Source: a virus (lineage: Duplodnaviria > Heunggongvirae > Uroviricota > Caudoviricetes). From it: DNA of 52,506 nucleotides. Positions within the stretch are counted from its first letter, which is position 1, and every line of letters starts with the position of its first letter. Position numbers and translations under genes: made by a program. The stretch is from IMG/VR virus record IMGVR_UViG_2534681604_000014, positions 1-52,506 of that record. One strand, given 5' to 3'. This document shows positions 32,068-40,719 of this stretch, piece by piece. Below the pieces are notes generated by a model. That model was not told the origin of the DNA. It saw only the letters and a program-made list of their open reading frames with translations, and did not search any database.

Positions 32068-32376
32068 TTAATATACTATCTGGTCTACATGATCACCAAA
32101 ATCATCGTCGTCGTCCTCATCGCCACCATCTACTGCTGGCCAATCAACAAACCAGCCAGCGTAAAGATGCAGCGTTCGGAGAACATCACTTGCGGGGGCA
32201 TCAAGGGTGTTAACGAATCCCATATAGCTATTGGGATTTGCTCCAGCTATGGCTTCAGCGATCATGTCCTCGGTAATGTCACCGGAGATAATGCTTAAAC
32301 GCCCGGAAACTTCTTCATTATCATCAAATTCTATAATGGCATCTCCGCCTAATGGCGCTGCGATTTTAATCTGCAT
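32068..32376 (-). CDS. hypothetical acidic protein (Asp-rich C-terminus)
   Basis: 102-aa ORF overlapping the upstream gene by 11 nt; GGDEDDDDDFGD tail. Confidence 0.4.
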   Translation of the reverse strand: MQIKIAAPLGGDAIIEFDDNEEVSGRLSIISGDITEDMIAEAIAGANPNSYMGFVNTLDAPASDVLRTLHLYAGWFVDWPAVDGGDEDDDDDFGDHVDQIVY

Positions 32377-34054
32377 TATTTAGCTCCTTTGCCACACCTA
32401 ATAACAGTTCCAGCAATCCGTCACCATTCATCAGTGATGCGGCAGCGGCCTCTTTGTCATGATACAACTGAAGAGCCATAGAGAATACTTCCGTTGCTGA
32501 CGTTTTGGAAATAGTCGGTGATTTCTGCCGAATTTTCCCGGAATTACTCACTGAGGCTGACGGGTATACCTTCGCCATATAAATATTACTCAATCGAGAT
32601 CTGAAGCACCATTCGGGCTTGCCACGCCCACCGATATTGACGAAAGATGGCTTATCCCCTTCAACATTGGCCTTCAGGAATGACCTGGCTTTCTCTAACA
32701 GACCAGGGTTACTGTACTCAAGATGATGACCCAGCTCGTGCCACAGTGCACTTGCATTTTTATCGTTCAAATTGACAGCAACAACACCATTAAGATTTGC
32801 ATATGCCCTTCCCTGGTGGTGAACCACCTTTGATAAGGTCGAAATTTTACCGCCGGTCAGGCGATAAATATCAGCAAGTTCCTTGCGCAGGTCTATCCCA
32901 CCATTCTGTCCAGCGCGGGCTTCTTCCACTTCTTCCGTGATAAAAGAGTCGGCCCACTCAAGAGCTTTTTCTTCAGATACGGATGAGTTGGCGATCGCAC
33001 TGTTCATGGCAGATAACACTTTCTCGTGGACCGAACCCATACTTTGCTGATTCATTTGCCAGCGTGTCTGCGGGTTATATGAGAATCGCTTAAGTAGTTG
33101 GTCAAGATGCTCAAGTTCTTCTTCACTGACATACTTTTTAGCCTCACCAATAATGCCAGGGAGAATATTGCCGTTAGGATTAAAGGCTCGCGAAAGGAAG
33201 AGTTTCAGCGCCCCCATGCCCTCCGATGCTTCAATATCACCAATAACCCGGTTAACAATGGCCGCACTCTTCGGATTAGCATCCGCCAACGCCCTGGCTA
33301 CAATTTGCAGGGACGATACGACCTCACGCTGCATATCCGTCCTGATCTCATCAATAAACTCTGGCGTTATGCCGTGCTCTTTAAGGATATCCCTGCCTTC
33401 CGCCGTTACCCCATCGATATCACCGACATGTTTATTAACCCGACTTTGCAATGCCTTAAATGCCTTCAGAATTCCACGGGCATCATCCGCTTTACTAACG
33501 GCCTTCCTGAATGCTGGCAAGAAGTCAGAGTTAACCTCATTTTGTTGATCGGCCCACTGAATGGAGGCTTCTTTCATCTCGTCCAGAGTCAGATCACCCA
33601 ACGCGGTATGGTCTGTGAATATGAGCGACAACCTCTGAACCATTTCTGCCAATGGTGATGCCGAATGCGCCGCGCTAAGGAATGCTTTCACCCTGGTTGG
33701 GCGAATGGAAAACCAGTCAATAGCTGGTGGCATATCTCCGTTTTTTATCGCCTGCGCTATCTCGTCAAAGCCATCGCGCCCAAGGGAGGATGCGTGATTT
33801 AACAAGCCGCGAAGTAACGAATTGCTGATACAGAATAATCGGCACCATTTTTTCACGTCGGCAACAGGCATTCGGACAAAATGCGCAAGCACTTGTACCA
33901 GCTGTTCATCCTGGAGATCTGTGCGGGAAAGCAGCCGGATCAGGTGAATAATATCTTTGATGCCGGATGCCCGATGTAATAACAAGCTGGTATATGGCGC
34001 AACACCGTTGTATCCGCTGCTGGTGGTCATAACTATCTGATCGTTTAAACTCAT
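32366..34054 (-). CDS. dar-operon protein with HExxH metallopeptidase-like motif
   Basis: 562 aa; WHELGHHLEY motif; sits directly downstream of ddrA where P1 has ddrB. Confidence 0.5.
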   Translation of the reverse strand: MSLNDQIVMTTSSGYNGVAPYTSLLLHRASGIKDIIHLIRLLSRTDLQDEQLVQVLAHFVRMPVADVKKWCRLFCISNSLLRGLLNHASSLGRDGFDEIAQAIKNGDMPPAIDWFSIRPTRVKAFLSAAHSASPLAEMVQRLSLIFTDHTALGDLTLDEMKEASIQWADQQNEVNSDFLPAFRKAVSKADDARGILKAFKALQSRVNKHVGDIDGVTAEGRDILKEHGITPEFIDEIRTDMQREVVSSLQIVARALADANPKSAAIVNRVIGDIEASEGMGALKLFLSRAFNPNGNILPGIIGEAKKYVSEEELEHLDQLLKRFSYNPQTRWQMNQQSMGSVHEKVLSAMNSAIANSSVSEEKALEWADSFITEEVEEARAGQNGGIDLRKELADIYRLTGGKISTLSKVVHHQGRAYANLNGVVAVNLNDKNASALWHELGHHLEYSNPGLLEKARSFLKANVEGDKPSFVNIGGRGKPEWCFRSRLSNIYMAKVYPSASVSNSGKIRQKSPTISKTSATEVFSMALQLYHDKEAAAASLMNGDGLLELLLGVAKELNNAD

Positions 34055-34066
34055 CCCTGTTACGCC

Positions 34067-34432
34067 TTATACCGCCTCTTTAATATTGGCGGCTATCCAT
34101 GCCGCCGTGTGCTGTTTAACCTGGTCCAGGTCGATGTATGTGCCAACATATTGACTCAAGTCCTGCAAGGTACCGATAAATGCATCTGTGCTCTGATCGA
34201 CGAATTTATCAGCCAGGAAATCAGCAACCAGTTTTGGCACACCATCATGTACCGAAGGTTGTTTTTCCTCGCCACTACTGCCGCCGGATGCACCGTACCC
34301 CATCTGTTGCATGATCTGGTCAATTTCATCGCTGATATCCAGCAACTCCATGCCACTCGCGGTAGCCGCTTTGGACATCAGAGCATCCAACTTATCGCTG
34401 AGATCCATTAACTCAATAGCTGATAGTGTCAT
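34067..34432 (-). CDS. ddrA: DdrA-like protein
   Basis: 121 aa, immediately downstream of darA with a 4-nt overlap. Confidence 0.55.
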   Translation of the reverse strand: MTLSAIELMDLSDKLDALMSKAATASGMELLDISDEIDQIMQQMGYGASGGSSGEEKQPSVHDGVPKLVADFLADKFVDQSTDAFIGTLQDLSQYVGTYIDLDQVKQHTAAWIAANIKEAV

Positions 34433-36348
34433 GCCGCTACCCCCGCTTTCTGGATTGCTACCAACAGATCAGCCAGGTGGCGAGCTGCGCCGTTAACCAG
34501 CTCTTCGTTTTCCTCAAAACGTCCGGCAGCCTGAAGGGCTGCAATCGCTTCCCGGACATTGCCCCGGGCGTTACGGATCTCCGCCATGTCAGTGCTTTGC
34601 ATATCCATCACGTTATTGAGATATTCAATGGCTTTATTAGCCTCTGCATCTGCTTCGCTAACCGTTTCATCAGGCTGTTCCGGGACCGGTTCTGGTTGAG
34701 TAATCTGACCGACTTCGGCCTGCAATGCATTGATCATGCTCTGCACCATTTTCTCGGTGCCAGCGCCCCCAGGAAACGCAATATTGGGGAAAGTTTTTTG
34801 AAACTGAGTTTTCAGCATTACGCGGAACTCGTCTGGTGAGCTGGTGGCCAGCTCCAGAGCTTTTTGTGCAAATTTGCCAAACGGACCATTAGTAAGTGTC
34901 TTCGCCAGGAAGTCGAAAGAATCCTCGCGAGGCAATAACTTCAGGTCGTACTCACTCATTTGCTGATCAGAAAGCGGGGTATCGTAAGTAGCAATGCCGT
35001 AGCGTGCATATTCATAATACGGGTCACCTTCATCAGGGCGCGGCAGAATTGCTTTGTTACCTTCAGGTATTGCGCCAGGGGCCGCCGGACGCATTTGCAG
35101 GGCATATCGATATGCACCTACAGAGACTTCTGGTTCAGGCGAAGAGCTACCGGTATCCTCCGCTGGTTCAGGCTCGACGTTTTCCGGTTTATGTTCTTCT
35201 GGTTGGACCAGGTATTCCGATACATTACCCGCTTTATAGGCTTTAAACAGCTTGCCGATCGCATCTGCCATGTCCACACCCTGTATGGATTTAGCCTTGA
35301 TCATGTACACGCTGCCATCCGAATCGGTTAACTGGATATACCCTTCGCCATCCCCAATGAATTGCTTCATTGATGCACCATTACTGAGCGTCACTTCCCC
35401 GTTCATATGCATACGATTTTTGATGCTGGCAAGGCGATCCGTCAGCGCGCGAGAGTGCCCACCAGTCATCCCCGCTGGAGCAATGGTATCGCGCCCACCA
35501 GTGCGATTGAGCTGATCAATCTCCGCCTGCAAACGCTCATTTTCTTGATAAAGAGAATCTGCTTCCGAAGCAACCGCGTTAATTTTCTGCTCCAGATCTG
35601 CCTTCTGGCCTTCTACCGCTGCCACCTGATCCGCGAGGTCGCTCATAGCATCCTCTTTCTGGTCACTGTCAGCCTGTAGTTGGGTTATTTCATCAACCAG
35701 GGCTTTTTTCTTCTTCTGCGCACGCTGGAATTTTGCCGAGTTTTTCTCTGCAAGGTTGGCAAGTTTCATGGTGACCTGCGCCAGCGTCATATCACGGCCA
35801 CTCATCGGAGCAACGGTGTGAGTAACGTCTTTTTTATTCAGTAAGAACTGGAAAGCAACCAGCGTATCGCTATTGGTGATCCGGTTTTCCGCTGTCGGGC
35901 TATGAAACAAAATGCTGATAGTCTGACCATCACTGAGCGGAATAATGGCTGGCAGGACCGGCAGACCATTAACGTTACGTGCCCGGCCAATTTCAGCGCC
36001 GCCGATCGCGCGCGCGCCGCTCTGGGCCACATCCCCCGTTTTATCACTCCCCGCAGAGATTCCGGTACCATTCAGCTTCTGGTTCAATGCCCGGACAAAT
36101 GCCTGCATAGTCCGGTGTAACTGCAAACGAGTAGAGCTAATCGCCTCCAGTAAATCCGTAGCACACCAGTGGATCGGCGTGTCATAGAAGAACGTAGCCT
36201 CGATTTCCTCCAGGGTGTTGGATTCCGTCATCAGATAGCGGTCCTCACCGGCCATTAATGCGCGATATTCATCATCAGTCACCGGCGGGGGAAGCACGTC
36301 AAGCCCAGGCTTAATCGTCACCCCTTTATTGATATTGAACTGTTCCAT
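34429..36348 (-). CDS. darA: DarA (packaged anti-restriction protein)
   Basis: 639 aa, size and position match P1 DarA. Confidence 0.75.
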   Translation of the reverse strand: MEQFNINKGVTIKPGLDVLPPPVTDDEYRALMAGEDRYLMTESNTLEEIEATFFYDTPIHWCATDLLEAISSTRLQLHRTMQAFVRALNQKLNGTGISAGSDKTGDVAQSGARAIGGAEIGRARNVNGLPVLPAIIPLSDGQTISILFHSPTAENRITNSDTLVAFQFLLNKKDVTHTVAPMSGRDMTLAQVTMKLANLAEKNSAKFQRAQKKKKALVDEITQLQADSDQKEDAMSDLADQVAAVEGQKADLEQKINAVASEADSLYQENERLQAEIDQLNRTGGRDTIAPAGMTGGHSRALTDRLASIKNRMHMNGEVTLSNGASMKQFIGDGEGYIQLTDSDGSVYMIKAKSIQGVDMADAIGKLFKAYKAGNVSEYLVQPEEHKPENVEPEPAEDTGSSSPEPEVSVGAYRYALQMRPAAPGAIPEGNKAILPRPDEGDPYYEYARYGIATYDTPLSDQQMSEYDLKLLPREDSFDFLAKTLTNGPFGKFAQKALELATSSPDEFRVMLKTQFQKTFPNIAFPGGAGTEKMVQSMINALQAEVGQITQPEPVPEQPDETVSEADAEANKAIEYLNNVMDMQSTDMAEIRNARGNVREAIAALQAAGRFEENEELVNGAARHLADLLVAIQKAGVAA

Positions 36349-36349
36349 G

Positions 36350-36961
36350 TTAATTTCCTGCTTTCAGTTGCTTAAGACGGCGTTTTAGTTCGCCATTTCG
36401 GGCCTTTTCGTTATTGAGTCGGCCCGTCTCCTTATCCAGCTTCGCCCGCAAATCGGTGATCTGCTGTTGATTGAAAGACACCGAGTTCTGCGCGGACTTA
36501 TAAGCGGCAGCCACCTGAGCATTCCTCTGTTTTGCCTCTTGAAGGCGCTGAAAATTGGATTTAACTGCCGGTTTCTTGTCTACCGGATTGGCAACACGTT
36601 TCGCTTTGGCGATCAGTGATTTCTGGAATTTTGCGGAGTTTTTGCGGGCCGCTTGCCCCATGACGGCACCAAGCGTCTTGATATCCGGCGACTGAGCGTT
36701 AGGAATAGCTTTTCCATTCAGTTTCACAGACGATATATCGCCAGTATCGTTTACCTGTATGGCAAGAATTTGTCCGTCGTTAAGAACCAGCTTTGCGGTT
36801 TTAACTTTAACGCCATCTTTCGTTGTTGCGCGGTTGCTGGAGTCAACCTCAATCACCGTCACACCGGTTTTATTGATCGCCGTGATAAGGGATTTCAGCC
36901 CCTTTTCATTAACCTGGTCAAAATCGACCGTTGCATACTTATTTTTCGTCATCTGACACAT
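36350..36961 (-). CDS. hdf: Hdf (head morphogenesis, dar operon)
   Basis: 203-aa ORF immediately upstream of darA. Confidence 0.6.
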   Translation of the reverse strand: MCQMTKNKYATVDFDQVNEKGLKSLITAINKTGVTVIEVDSSNRATTKDGVKVKTAKLVLNDGQILAIQVNDTGDISSVKLNGKAIPNAQSPDIKTLGAVMGQAARKNSAKFQKSLIAKAKRVANPVDKKPAVKSNFQRLQEAKQRNAQVAAAYKSAQNSVSFNQQQITDLRAKLDKETGRLNNEKARNGELKRRLKQLKAGN

Positions 36962-37382
36962 CCTGTGCGAGATTTATTACGTAACTTCTGCGGATTTGCT
37001 GAGTAACAGGGAAAATCCGATACAACGGGTTAATGAACGAGTCGCCATGCGTAACCATGACGTTGAAATGCCACAGCCGTTCTCCTTTACCCATATATTC
37101 AGTGGGTATGTATAACCATTCGCTGTTTTCGCCCTGTTCAGCCGATGTCAGACAACGTTGCTCGCCTTCAATCACTGTCGTCGGCTTCTGAACATCGCGG
37201 ATCCAATACCTGACCGTTGCGCCGCGCAAAAAAGGAAATTTGGACCGGTATTTGAACGGCACCCGGATGAAGCCCGGTTTAATTTCCACTTCACCAAGCT
37301 CTAAATTCGTGATGTCCTTGCGTTTTAGCAAATAGCGATCGGCTAAGGCTAACGCAAGAGCGCATACACCCCAGCCAATCAT
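36939..37382 (-). CDS. lydB: LydB antiholin
   Basis: 147-aa ORF downstream of lydA with a 4-nt overlap. Confidence 0.6.
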   Translation of the reverse strand: MIGWGVCALALALADRYLLKRKDITNLELGEVEIKPGFIRVPFKYRSKFPFLRGATVRYWIRDVQKPTTVIEGEQRCLTSAEQGENSEWLYIPTEYMGKGERLWHFNVMVTHGDSFINPLYRIFPVTQQIRRSYVINLAQDVSDDEK

Positions 37383-37708
37383 TTCCCGCCTCCCTTTTTC
37401 ACCAAACTTGTAAGAACATTCAGAATGCTATCGATATTCACTCGTTTCATCCCTGAAATCACCTCATGACCGTTATTGCTGGCTATCGTTACCATTAAGT
37501 ACGTAATTGATAACTCCCAGCCCTCGTGTTGCCCCAATAGGTACGCCACCGCGCCAGCTGTCACTGCAACAAAGATCTCCGTAACCAATCCCAACAAATT
37601 GCCAGACTGGCGACCGTCTCGGACATCCATCAGGAACGTGCCTATCCCACCAATTACTGAAAGCAGGAGCGCAATAGCAACTGGAGCTAATTCCTGTGTG
37701 TCAAGCAC
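37379..37708 (-). CDS. lydA: LydA holin
   Basis: 109 aa with hydrophobic transmembrane segments and a basic C-terminus. Confidence 0.65.
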   Translation of the reverse strand: MLDTQELAPVAIALLLSVIGGIGTFLMDVRDGRQSGNLLGLVTEIFVAVTAGAVAYLLGQHEGWELSITYLMVTIASNNGHEVISGMKRVNIDSILNVLTSLVKKGGGK

Positions 37709-37775
37709 AAGTTCCCTCCTACGTTGTCAGGAGGTAATGGTATGCAAAGTAACTTCTCAACCGGTCATTTGTTGC

Positions 37776-38126
37776 TTAAGAGGCATTTCTATTGAGGTAC
37801 GAATCGATAAGCCTTTGTAACCTTTCAAGAATGAGCCTGTGATTGACGCTGCAAATAAGAATCACGCAATTCTGAAGGCTTTCATCCATCCCCTTATATT
37901 CCGCGAAATACATGCCTATAAAGCCTGCAAGTACGGCGGAAATACACTCGGCCAACAATTGCCTGCATGACGCTTCGTAACGTTTTTCACGAACCCCATT
38001 CAGAAACGAATTCACTCCGCCAAAGATAGATATAAATAAAATTGTTAAGTCAAACATAAAAACCTTGCCAATTTTGAGTTGAACATCATTGGGGAACGGT
38101 ATGCACTTTGTGATTTCCACACACAC
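37776..38126 (-). CDS. small membrane protein (holin-like)
   Basis: 116-aa ORF with hydrophobic segments; first gene of the lyd/dar operon. Confidence 0.4.
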   Translation of the reverse strand: MCVEITKCIPFPNDVQLKIGKVFMFDLTILFISIFGGVNSFLNGVREKRYEASCRQLLAECISAVLAGFIGMYFAEYKGMDESLQNCVILICSVNHRLILERLQRLIDSYLNRNAS

Positions 38127-38184
38127 TGGTTTTTGTTAATTAAAATCCGCAGCTTGCTATAAATAACGATAGTGAGCAGAAAAT

Positions 38185-38424
38185 ATGCTAATAGGCTATG
38201 TACGCGTATCAACAAATGAACAAAACACTGCTTTGCAACGAAATGCCCTTAAAAGCGCAGGATGTGAGCTAATTTTTGAGGATAAGGCGAGCGGCAAAAA
38301 GGCTGAACGCCCTGGGTTAAAAAAGGTTCTGCGTATGCTTTCCAGAGGTGACACCCTGGTCGTATGGAAGTTAGAGCGTCTTGGGCGCAGCATACGTCAC
38401 TTGGTTGTGCTGGTGGAAGATTGA
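38185..38424 (+). pseudogene. cin: truncated cin invertase (N-terminal 79 aa only)
   Basis: MLIGYVRVSTNEQNT...DTLVVWKLERLGRS is the catalytic N-terminus of a Hin/Gin/Cin serine invertase; ends after about 79 of about 186 aa, so the DNA-binding C-domain is missing. Confidence 0.8.
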
Positions 38425-38660
38425 AAAGTTAGCAGTTATCACAGCTACCCGATCACTATCCGGAGCAATGAAGAAGATAGCGAGAATGGAAGAAAACACC
38501 TAACAATTTGATACATGATATTTTTACACGAAGAGCGAAACTCCTTTTGCAGGAAATGGTCGCAATTACCTTTATGATGAAGGGTTGTCAACAGTTATTC
38601 TATTTTTTATAATCCACAAAAAACAATTCAGGGTATTTTATATAAAAGTCAAGGCAACAT

Positions 38661-39203
38661 ATGGATATTGATTTTCTTAAAGAGTGTCTCCTAGTTGAAG
38701 TTATTGGTGGGGGTAATAAACAATTCTCATGGCCTCGCGCCATTCGCCATGCCTGGCGGCAACCTAAACGCAGGTTTCTTTTTTGGTGGCGTATAGCATC
38801 TTATCTATATGATATGGACAACAAATATCTAAAAAAACTCGGAAAGAAAATTAACAGAAATTTATCCTTTAAATACAATACTGATATTGAACTTGGAGCA
38901 TCAATAGCTCCTGGATTATATATTGGACATTATAGTGGTATTGTTATTACAAGATATGCAACGATTGGTAGAAATTTTAATATAAGGCAAAACACAACTA
39001 TTGGTTTAAAAAATTCTAACACTAACAGAGTTACTATTGGAGATAATGTTAATATTGGAGCAAACTCCTGTATAATCTCAGACCACATCACTATAGGTGA
39101 TAATGTAAAAATAGGGGCTTTTACCTTTGTAAATAAAGATATACCTTCAAATTCAACTTATTACACCAAGAAAATCAATATATGCAAGGAAAGGGAGGCG
39201 TAG
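38661..39203 (+). CDS. hexapeptide-repeat O-acetyltransferase
   Basis: 180 aa; left-handed beta-helix hexapeptide repeats; GC content clearly lower than flanking sequence. Confidence 0.75.
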   Translation: MDIDFLKECLLVEVIGGGNKQFSWPRAIRHAWRQPKRRFLFWWRIASYLYDMDNKYLKKLGKKINRNLSFKYNTDIELGASIAPGLYIGHYSGIVITRYATIGRNFNIRQNTTIGLKNSNTNRVTIGDNVNIGANSCIISDHITIGDNVKIGAFTFVNKDIPSNSTYYTKKINICKEREA

Positions 39204-39224
39204 CCCCCCCTTCTTTACTATTTG

Positions 39225-39620
39225 ATATGAATCGGTATAGGTTCTGGCGACAAATTCAGCCGCATGAATATGTGAGGCGGTATTAACCTGATAGGTGTCT
39301 TCTCCAAGAAGGTATCTTCCCTTCAGCACAATTGCATATTTTTTGCCTGCACTAAGTGCAAGGGAGATATCCTTACGGTGTTGAATAGTTACCTGATAGA
39401 ATTCGCCAATAACCACTGACGCCGCGCCAGCGGTTTTATCACCATCCAGTGAGGTGATTAACAGGTTCATCCCACCGCCAGGCTTCGGCAGGAAACCGGC
39501 ATAAAATCCTGGATCAACAATTCCCCTGAATTTTCGGTTTAGCGCGGCTGACAGATATGGTTCGTGGTATTGCACATCAGCCACCAGAGCCAGTGACTCG
39601 GGCGATGGGTAAGTAACTGA
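39225..39620 (-). pseudogene. orphan 5-prime fragment of tail-fibre gene S (codons about 10-140)
   Basis: About 88-90 percent nucleotide identity to 42843-43241; lacks the S start codon region and diverges after ...TYTDSYQ. Confidence 0.8.
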
Positions 39621-39718
39621 TTAAACTCAACATCACAATTTTCCTATGGTGTATCTGACGGTTCGTCGGGATCTATTTTTGCGAGCGGGGTTTACTGGAT
39701 AGCAATTGGATACTAATT

Positions 39719-40144
39719 ATGAAAGAAGAGAACATTTATTATTATAGTGCTGAAAACAATGCATTTTATCCATTAGTTCTAAAACCTGATTATGAGGATG
39801 CAGGAACTTGGCCTTCTGACGCTGTTCCTATATCTCACTCATGGTATACGCAGTTGTTAGAGCAACAGGCAAATGGACAAGTCATTAAACCGAATGAATA
39901 TGGACAACCTGTTCTTACCGATCCTCCGCCCCCTTCAGTTGAAGATTTAAAACGACAGGCGGAAAACATTAAGGTACAACTCCTTGCTGAGGCTGAATCT
40001 GCCATATTACCGCTGGAACGAGCCGTCAGACTGAATATGGCAACAGATGAGGAACGTATAAGACTTGAGTCATGGGAACGCTACAGCGTTCTGGTCAGTC
40101 GTGTGGATACTACAAATCCTGAATGGCCTGATAAACCGGAGTAA
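39719..40144 (+). CDS. tail fibre assembly chaperone (U-prime-like)
   Basis: 141 aa; convergent with U; no tail-fibre ORF upstream of it. Confidence 0.65.
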   Translation: MKEENIYYYSAENNAFYPLVLKPDYEDAGTWPSDAVPISHSWYTQLLEQQANGQVIKPNEYGQPVLTDPPPPSVEDLKRQAENIKVQLLAEAESAILPLERAVRLNMATDEERIRLESWERYSVLVSRVDTTNPEWPDKPE

Positions 40145-40152
40145 GCTTATAG

Positions 40153-40175
40153 GGCAGGCTGAGCCTGCCTTTCTT
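40153..40175 (+). terminator. stem-loop between convergent tail fibre assembly genes
   Basis: GGCAGG-CTGAG-CCTGCC followed by TTTCTT. Confidence 0.5.
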
Positions 40176-40184
40176 ATTCACACA

Positions 40185-40709
40185 TCACACGTCAGGTGAT
40201 ACGGGCCATTCAATTGTATTGTAAGTCTGCTCATCGGTTATTCCGATAAAATCCATAGACTCTAAACTCTGGATATACAACATCCAGTTAAGTAACTTTT
40301 CTTTATCGCTTTCACTTATTATTCCAAGAGACAGATATGTCTTCCAGTTTGAGACTCTGCTTTCGGCCTCCACAAGTAACTCTTTGCGTTTACTTTCAGC
40401 TTTCTCTGTATAATTAACAGGGATTGGCTTTATTTCATTTTCATCGAAATACCAACCTTTATTTATATCGAAATCCTCCGGCAAATAATCTGTTTCCACA
40501 ACACTGAAACCATTAGGAAATAGTCTGGAAACATCCTCTGAAATAGAGTGAATCACTCCGGTAACTGGATGCACACAAAATTTGTATTTTTTTGTGAATT
40601 TGTCTAATGATTCATAAAAATCTTGACCATCTTCACTTTGAAAATACTGTACCCCTTCACCATATGGCATGTCATCGGGATAATATCGTGAAATATTTTT
40701 TAGTTCCAT
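40185..40709 (-). CDS. U: tail fibre assembly protein U
   Basis: 174 aa from ATG 40709 (MELKNISRYY...), directly downstream of S. Confidence 0.65.
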   Translation of the reverse strand: MELKNISRYYPDDMPYGEGVQYFQSEDGQDFYESLDKFTKKYKFCVHPVTGVIHSISEDVSRLFPNGFSVVETDYLPEDFDINKGWYFDENEIKPIPVNYTEKAESKRKELLVEAESRVSNWKTYLSLGIISESDKEKLLNWMLYIQSLESMDFIGITDEQTYNTIEWPVSPDV

Positions 40710-40719
40710 TCCTGACTCT

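Noticed and set aside
39153-39584. 143-aa ORF on the minus strand that looks like a gene
   Set aside because: It is the orphan 5-prime fragment of S: the reading frame has a stop immediately upstream at the homology breakpoint, it needs a GTG with no RBS, and its 3-prime end runs into the convergent acetyltransferase gene.
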